Positions 58,586-64,000 of a DNA stretch of 64,000 nt are shown one piece after another. The translations under genes and the position numbers were made by a program. Source of the stretch: an uncultured Bifidobacteriaceae bacterium (GTDB taxonomy: Bacteria; Verrucomicrobiota; Verrucomicrobiia; Limisphaerales; JADLHS01); assembly GCA_964458575.1 (NCBI GenBank), contig CAYWMD010000030.1, forward strand, positions 6,973 to 70,972, given 5' to 3'. Below the pieces are notes generated by a model. It did no database searches, had not been told where the DNA came from, and was given only the letters and a program-made list of their open reading frames with translations. Numbering within the stretch: the first letter of the stretch is position 1; the number at the start of each line of letters is the position of its first letter.

Positions 58586-59422
58586 TCAAAGCTTTTCACC
58601 CAATGCCCTGGGCGTGCTGGCGGTGAGGGTTTGCATCTGGCGGATGGCGATTTGATTGAGGCGCTTGAGGCGTTCGCCTTGCGGCAGTTGCATGTGGATG
58701 AACTCGGCGTTCATGCCTTCGATGTTGGCGAGGACGAGGAGTTGCTCGACGCTGGCATAATCGCGGACGTTGCCTTCGAGCTTGGGATTGGCGTCGCGCC
58801 ATTGCCGGGCGGTCTGGCCAAAGAGGGCGACGTTGAGCAAGTCGGCTTCGGTGGCGTAGGTGATGGCCGCCTGCGCGGGCGTGACTTCGGGCGGGATGAG
58901 ATGCGCCTTCACCGCCTCGGTGTGGATGCGGTAGTTGAGTTTGGAGAGGGTGCGATTGAGATTCCACGCGAGGGAGAGCCGGCGATTTTCGTCGTCCTTA
59001 AGCCGCTGGAATTCTTTGATGAGGTAGAGTTTGAATTCCACGGACACCCAAGAGGCGAATTCAAACGCAATATCCTTGTGCGCGTAAGTGCCGCCGTAGC
59101 GCCCGGGTTGGGATGTGATGCCGACCGCGCCGGTCTTTTCAATCCATTGCTTGGGCGTAAGCGTGAAACTGTTCAGCCCGGCCTGAATTCTAATCCCGTC
59201 GAATTCGACGGGATTAAAACCTGGGTTGTTGAGTCGCTCCCAGACGCCGAGGAACTCCACGGTGTTACGATTGCGCAGCCAATTGCGGATCACATCGTCC
59301 AGATGATCTGGATTCTTGTATCGAGCGATGTCCGTAAGGCTGATGTAATCTTCCTTTCGCCCGGAAAGGATGGTGATGGCTGCGCCTTGAACTTCGATGG
59401 TAGCTTTCTTTACTTTACTCAT
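58586..59422 (-). CDS. KilA-N domain-containing protein
   Basis: ORF 58586..59590. The ATG verified at 59422 gives MSKVKKATIEVQG. ISLTDIARYKN..VIRNWLRNRNTVEFLGVWERLNNPGFN, GRYGGTYAHKDIAFEFASWVSVEFKLYLIKEFQRLK is the common bacterial KilA-N protein pattern. Confidence 0.85.
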   Translation of the reverse strand: MSKVKKATIEVQGAAITILSGRKEDYISLTDIARYKNPDHLDDVIRNWLRNRNTVEFLGVWERLNNPGFNPVEFDGIRIQAGLNSFTLTPKQWIEKTGAVGITSQPGRYGGTYAHKDIAFEFASWVSVEFKLYLIKEFQRLKDDENRRLSLAWNLNRTLSKLNYRIHTEAVKAHLIPPEVTPAQAAITYATEADLLNVALFGQTARQWRDANPKLEGNVRDYASVEQLLVLANIEGMNAEFIHMQLPQGERLKRLNQIAIRQMQTLTASTPRALGEKL

Positions 59423-59579
59423 CGTGATTTGGTAACCGCCGAAGAGTAGCGAGCCAAACCGGGGTTGCAAAGTGGGGAGTTTGATTCGGCACCTCATCCG
59501 ACCTGCGGCCACCTTCTCCCGGTCGAGGCGGAGAGGGGATTCTTTGAACGGCCACCGGTTCTCCGCCAGTAGTGGGCGC

Positions 59580-60050
59580 ATGTTGACCACGCCGATTCGC
59601 GCGGTGGATGAGCGGGTGCTGCCGTTTGCGCCGGACCAAATCTGGCCGGTGCTGGCGGACGTGAACGGTTATCCCCGGTGGTATCCGCCGTCGCTGCAGC
59701 TGCACGTGCGGGCGGTCACCGCCGACGGGATCGGGTCGGAGGTGGAGCTGCGGCCCCGGGGCGGACGGGCGTTTCGCTGTCGCGTGGAGTCGCTCGAAGC
59801 ACCGCGCCGGCTGCGGCTGCGCTACCCGGGCGACTTCATCGTGGGCACGGGCGAGTGGCGTTTGGACGCCGCGCCTGGCGGCACGCGGGTGGCGTATGAG
59901 ATTGATGTGGTGGCCACAGGGCGATTGGCGGTGCTGCTGGGCTGGCTGTTGCCGCTCGGCAAAATCCACTCCAAGTTCATGCGCGAGGTGCTGGTGAATC
60001 TGGAGGCTGAGGTGAAGCGGAGGGATTCATCAGTGTCCACCAGTGGTTGA
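59580..60050 (+). CDS. SRPBCC (START/polyketide cyclase-like) family protein
   Basis: ORF 59472..60050. The ATG verified at 59580. LPFAPDQIWPVLADVNGYPRWYPP and GTGEWRLDAAPGGTRVAYEIDV are typical SRPBCC patterns. The gene is very GC-rich. Confidence 0.7.
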   Translation: MLTTPIRAVDERVLPFAPDQIWPVLADVNGYPRWYPPSLQLHVRAVTADGIGSEVELRPRGGRAFRCRVESLEAPRRLRLRYPGDFIVGTGEWRLDAAPGGTRVAYEIDVVATGRLAVLLGWLLPLGKIHSKFMREVLVNLEAEVKRRDSSVSTSG

Positions 60051-60065
60051 ATCTTGCCTGAACGT

Positions 60066-60335
60066 ATCCCGCCTTGAGCCGTTTCTTCTCCCGGCTCGCG
60101 ACTTTCTTGATGCTTTCAGCGACGGGCAGGTTTTCCGGCATCGCGCCGCCAAGTTCGTGAATGGTGCGGCGGACTTTGCGGCCTACGGATTCTTCAAACC
60201 TCGTAGCAGCCGCGTGAGTCGGCTCAAATAGGCTGGAAGTCAGAGCGAACTCACGTTCGCTGCCACAATCTTGAAAGGCCGCACGTTTTCGCGGCGCAGC
60301 GTTCGTCGGTCTGCGTGGCACGGTACAAAATGGAT
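60066..60335 (-). pseudogene. truncated dinD paralog remnant (3' end only)
   Basis: 60066-60186 matches dinD 57708-57828 at 109 of 121 nt, at a constant 2358-nt offset. It encodes GRKVRRTIHELGGAMPENLPVAESIKKVASREKKRLKAG. After an indel, 60275-60335 again matches dinD at about 57862-57920. There is no N-terminal part. Confidence 0.75.
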
Positions 60336-60369
60336 TTACAAACGAAATGAGTAGAATTACAAAACCCGT

Positions 60370-60573
60370 ATGACCAATGACACCAAACGTTCGATCCTGC
60401 GCTGGATTCACATCATCTTCGGGCTGACGATACTGGGTTACATTTATGGTCCGCCCGAGGAAACTCTGAAGTATCGCGACAATTTTCGGTTTTTCTTCGT
60501 TCCGGTGATTATCCTTTCCGGACTTTGGATGTGGAAAGGTCATATCGTGTCACGACTGTTTACGAAAAAGTAG
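60370..60573 (+). CDS. small two-TM membrane protein (67 aa)
   Basis: ATG verified. Two hydrophobic helices (WIHIIFGLTILGYIYG and FFFVPVIILSGLWMW). G+C is lower than the genome. Coding status is plausible but unproven. Confidence 0.4.
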   Translation: MTNDTKRSILRWIHIIFGLTILGYIYGPPEETLKYRDNFRFFFVPVIILSGLWMWKGHIVSRLFTKK

Positions 60574-60620
60574 ACCCCAACACGACGAACGATAACAACG
60601 AAATCTCTGTGAAAGGCGTT

Positions 60621-61181
60621 ATGACCAAGAAAGAATTGTCGGCCCCGCAACGGGAGGAACTGCTCAAAACGTTGAAAGCCCGATTCGAGCACAACCTGAA
60701 TCGCCACAAGGGACTGGATTGGGCCAAGGTCCAGTCGCGGCTGCAAGCCAAACCGGAAAAGCTGTGGTCGCTCAATGAAATGGAACGCACGGGCGGCGAG
60801 CCGGAGCTCGTGGGTCAGGACAAAAAGTCGGGTGAATTCATCTTCTTCGATTGTTCGCCGGAAAGTCCGGTCGGACGGCGCAGCGTTTGTTACGACCGGG
60901 AAGGATGGTTGTCACGGAAGGAAGCCCGGCCGAAAACCACCGCCATGGATATGGCCACTGAAATGGGCGTTGAGCTTTTGACGGAAGAAGAATACTTCGC
61001 GCTACAGAAGCTGGGCGAATTTGATTTGAAGACGTCGAGCTGGCTGAAAACGCCCGTTGAGATGAGAACACTTGGCGGCGCGCTTTGGGGTGGCCGCTCT
61101 TACGGCCGCGTCTTCATTGGGTGCAACGGCGCGCAATCGTACTACGCCGCCAGAGGATTCCGGGCGGTGCTGAGTGTGTAG
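60621..61181 (+). CDS. DUF4256 domain-containing protein
   Basis: ORF 60525..61181. The ATG verified at 60621. MERTGGEPELV, FFDCSPESPVGRRSVCYD, KTSSWLKTP and NGAQSYYAARGFRAVL match my memory of DUF4256. Confidence 0.7.
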   Translation: MTKKELSAPQREELLKTLKARFEHNLNRHKGLDWAKVQSRLQAKPEKLWSLNEMERTGGEPELVGQDKKSGEFIFFDCSPESPVGRRSVCYDREGWLSRKEARPKTTAMDMATEMGVELLTEEEYFALQKLGEFDLKTSSWLKTPVEMRTLGGALWGGRSYGRVFIGCNGAQSYYAARGFRAVLSV

Positions 61182-61189
61182 CCAGCCAT

Positions 61190-61996
61190 CTATTTCTTCC
61201 CGTCGAGGAACCGGGCGAGCACACGTTGAACATTTTTCGGGTTCAGCACCAGGGCGCCATGGCCGAGGTTCGGGTCTTCGATGCTGAATTCCACGGTCGC
61301 GCCTTGTTCTTTCAACCACGCGGCGGTGCGGCGCATGGCGGCGATGCCGTCGCGCTCGGAGTCCTTGGCACCCGCGGCCGTCACCCAGCGCGTGCCGCGC
61401 AGCGGATGATCGCCATACGCGCCGCTCGTGATGGCGCGGGTAGGCGGGTAATCGAGCGCCACGCCGCCGGAACTGGCGACGTTGAGCGCGAAGTATTTCT
61501 TCCCGCGTCCGTGGTCGAGCGCGACGATGGCGTAGGAATTGGCCGAGCCGCGGCTGAAGCCGTGAAACATCACCGTGCCGGGAGTGGCACCGAGTTTTTG
61601 CAGCGCCAGGTCAATCTCGCGATACACCTGCTCGGGCGTGTAGTAGGAATTTCGTTCGTTATCACCGCCCAACCACCATTGCACGGTCACGAGGCCGACG
61701 TCGCGGCCCGCAAGATGTTGGCTCCAGATCGCGAGGTCGTCAGTGGCGAAGCCTTCGCGTCCATGAATCGAGACGATCCAATGTTTGGGCGCGTTGGTGC
61801 CGCTGGCGCGCCAGACGGTGTAGAAGCTCTCGCCGTCCGTCGAGGGAAAGATTGCCGGCTTCAGCCTCGCGGCGGCGGCGTAGAATTTCCCGGTTTGCGC
61901 CTGCCGGAACAAGCCGGCGGCGGGTCCGGTGAGGTTGGTTTGCGCCGTGGCGGCGTGGATCAGGACGAAGAGCGTAAACAGCCAGTGCGTTTTCAT
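61190..61996 (-). CDS. secreted alpha/beta-fold hydrolase (esterase-like)
   Basis: ATG verified. Signal peptide MKTHWLFTLFVLIHAATA. The nucleophile elbow is HGFSRGS (GxSxG). Confidence 0.7.
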   Translation of the reverse strand: MKTHWLFTLFVLIHAATAQTNLTGPAAGLFRQAQTGKFYAAAARLKPAIFPSTDGESFYTVWRASGTNAPKHWIVSIHGREGFATDDLAIWSQHLAGRDVGLVTVQWWLGGDNERNSYYTPEQVYREIDLALQKLGATPGTVMFHGFSRGSANSYAIVALDHGRGKKYFALNVASSGGVALDYPPTRAITSGAYGDHPLRGTRWVTAAGAKDSERDGIAAMRRTAAWLKEQGATVEFSIEDPNLGHGALVLNPKNVQRVLARFLDGKK

Positions 61997-62038
61997 GTTG
62001 GCCGGCAGATACTGGCTGCCCGGGTTGGATTCGGCAAA

Positions 62039-63940
62039 TCAAAGCAGCTCGACCACCACGATTTCGTACAGGTTCACCTGAGGTACGGTGAAAGTAACGG
62101 AGTCTGTCGTTTGCCCAAATGTCAACTCGGGCCGATCTGCGTGCAACGGGCTGCTCAATCGCACGGATTTCACCGACTTGCCGGCAGGCAGTGCGATCTG
62201 AATAACGATGTCGGTGGCGGCCGCATCGTCGCGATAGTTCACGAGGTGCAGGAGACGACGTCCGTGTTGTCCGGTCAGTTCCGCGCACAAGCCGGCGGGC
62301 GCGTTGGCGGTGAATGAGAATCCGCCACCACAGGATTGGCGCACCGCGGCGACATAGTCGGCTCCTTCGGGGAACTGCCCGGTGCGCTCGGGTGGAATCC
62401 CGCGCAGCCCGGGCCGTGTGCGCGGTCGAAACCACTCGTCGTGCGTGGCGACGGGACCGATGACGCACAGCCGCCCGCCAGAATCCACATAGCGTTTCAA
62501 CAGTTTGATCTGCAAGTCGGACAACGCGATGCAACCGGCGAGAATGACAGCACGGTATGATTTCAAATCGGCGAGCTTGGAATCATAAATCATTTGGAAT
62601 GGAACGCGGTTCTCGACCAGGGCTTGTTCGACACGATCCGTGAGTTTCGCCCACTTGGGTTCGGCAAAAGCTTGGGAAGGAAAACTGCGCAGCACGGCCA
62701 CGTCGGCGATGGCCGTCGTATCTCGGAACAAGTCGCGGTTGGTGTTAAAGTAGCGGATGAACGGCAGAAGGTTGGTGGACATCGGCTCTTGCGCGCCGGG
62801 CATCCGGACGATTTTGCCGTATTCAAACCAGCAGACGCAGCCGAGGCAGTCGAGGTTGAAGGCCATGGCTTCGGCGGCCTCGAGCGGGTTGCGCGTGTAA
62901 GCGAACACGGCGTTGTCAAAGGCGCGGCCAATCTTGTAGGTTCGAATACGGCTGTGGAGCACGCCGTCGCGGTAGCCCGGCTCAGGGCCTTCCTCCCAAA
63001 ACGCCTCGCCGCCCGGAAGTAATCGTCCGTGGTCCACCGGCGGGCGAATGCGGTCGCCCGGAGGAGGAGGATTACATTCGAGCAAAAGGTCCTTCCGCAA
63101 GCGGCGGGCATATTGCGTCATCTCGGCGAACGAGTCCGCCAGAGATTGGCAGGCAAAATCCAGCCACGCGCGGTGCAGCAGATTACTCGGCGCGTCGTTC
63201 CGCGGAGGATAAACCCATTTCAGATCGGTGATGCCGGCGGTCTTCAACTCCCGGTTGGTGAAAGTCCGGGCAAGGTATTTGCGGAATCGTTCAACCGAAC
63301 AGGTGTCAAAGCCCGGACCGTAGCCGTAGTTGTCAAAGTGGATCAAATCCGCCTGAATGTCGCACACGGCGAACCGGACGATGTCCTGATAGAACGCCCG
63401 CGCCGCCGGGTGATTGCGATTCCAGTAATAGCGGTATTGGCTTGAGCCGTAGGTGAGGGGTTTGGCGCTTTGATCCGTGAGCAGCCATGCGCGGGCGTCC
63501 GGCCGTTCCGTGAAAAACAGCTCCCAGCCAAACGCGCCGCTGTAGTTGTAAACGCCCACGCGCAGGCCGGCCTCATGGCAGAGTTTCGAGAACCGGACCG
63601 CGTCGGCCATGCTTTCACGCTCGGCTTCCAACCCGTAGCCCTTGTAGGCGTGCATCATCACAAAATTGACGCCGAGCGCCTCGAGGTCAGCGACCATTTC
63701 GGGACTGTGTTCGCGTGCGTAGGCGGCGCGCTGTTCTGGAGTCGGTTCGTAACCTTTGCCGCCGTCGCGGCGCACACGGTGAATCAGCGGCTCCCAACTG
63801 CCCGCCATCACGATGCCGTCGCGTTGCAGCCACGCGGGCCGTTTGGCAAGCGGCAGCGTCAATGTCTCGCAACTACCCGTCGCGACCCACCAACCCCAGA
63901 CCAGAACAACCACGCCCAACCGAATCCCAGTGTGCTTCAT
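62039..63940 (-). CDS. secreted putative glycoside hydrolase (TIM-barrel plus a GH42-like trimerisation/GATase1-like domain)
   Basis: ATG verified. Signal peptide. VNFVMMHAYKGYG and HFDNYGYGPG suggest a TIM barrel. AVILAGCIALSDLQIKLLKRYVDSGGRLCVIGP resembles the GH42 middle domain. Tentative. Confidence 0.5.
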   Translation of the reverse strand: MKHTGIRLGVVVLVWGWWVATGSCETLTLPLAKRPAWLQRDGIVMAGSWEPLIHRVRRDGGKGYEPTPEQRAAYAREHSPEMVADLEALGVNFVMMHAYKGYGLEAERESMADAVRFSKLCHEAGLRVGVYNYSGAFGWELFFTERPDARAWLLTDQSAKPLTYGSSQYRYYWNRNHPAARAFYQDIVRFAVCDIQADLIHFDNYGYGPGFDTCSVERFRKYLARTFTNRELKTAGITDLKWVYPPRNDAPSNLLHRAWLDFACQSLADSFAEMTQYARRLRKDLLLECNPPPPGDRIRPPVDHGRLLPGGEAFWEEGPEPGYRDGVLHSRIRTYKIGRAFDNAVFAYTRNPLEAAEAMAFNLDCLGCVCWFEYGKIVRMPGAQEPMSTNLLPFIRYFNTNRDLFRDTTAIADVAVLRSFPSQAFAEPKWAKLTDRVEQALVENRVPFQMIYDSKLADLKSYRAVILAGCIALSDLQIKLLKRYVDSGGRLCVIGPVATHDEWFRPRTRPGLRGIPPERTGQFPEGADYVAAVRQSCGGGFSFTANAPAGLCAELTGQHGRRLLHLVNYRDDAAATDIVIQIALPAGKSVKSVRLSSPLHADRPELTFGQTTDSVTFTVPQVNLYEIVVVELL

Positions 63941-64000
63941 GAACGAATCGCCGCTATTTGATTGACCGCATGTATTGGAGGAATTGTTTTGCGCACCGAT

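Overview
High-GC (roughly 60% or more) bacterial chromosomal window. Two DUF1559-type prepilin-like genes and frequent GTG/TTG starts suggest a PVC-superphylum (Verrucomicrobiota-like) genome; that attribution is inference. All calls come from reading the translations and remembering family motifs, since no searches could be run. Housekeeping genes are aspC-like, tsaD, ctpA, ispD, maf, ilvD, gltX, rpsT, pdxH, gyrA, gyrB and gcvP. They are interspersed with four other blocks. (1) A 9.1-20.6 kb minus-strand envelope-glycan operon encodes a CDP-3,6-dideoxyhexose (paratose/tyvelose-type) pathway: rfbF, rfbG, rfbH, an SDR reductase and rfbE. It sits with a membrane-anchored GT2, two GT-C-type membrane glycosyltransferases (YfhO-like, ArnT-like) and a GT9. 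(2) A WecA-type initiating transferase lies behind a 780-nt non-coding leader and converges on an OMP/Wza/Wzc export operon that ends in a NusG/RfaH-like paralog. (3) Several secreted glycoside-hydrolase-like genes. (4) Two small low-GC accessory islets. One lies downstream of gltX and carries an ApeA-type HEPN (RX4H) protein, a small conserved ORF and a 123-bp duplication of the gltX 3' end. The other lies downstream of gcvP and is a mosaic of dinD, a KilA-N gene, an SRPBCC gene, DUF4256, a dinD pseudogene remnant and a GyrI-like gene fragment. Notable domain architectures are an IlvD with a ~150-aa insert that contains an NTF2/SnoaL-like segment, and a sugar kinase fused to MurQ. I saw no rRNA, tRNA, CRISPR, transposase or integrase. 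Most long ORF-track entries that lie antisense to the genes below are GC-driven shadow ORFs. The track also uses TTG/GTG starts, so several starts were moved to in-frame ATGs that I verified in the sequence.
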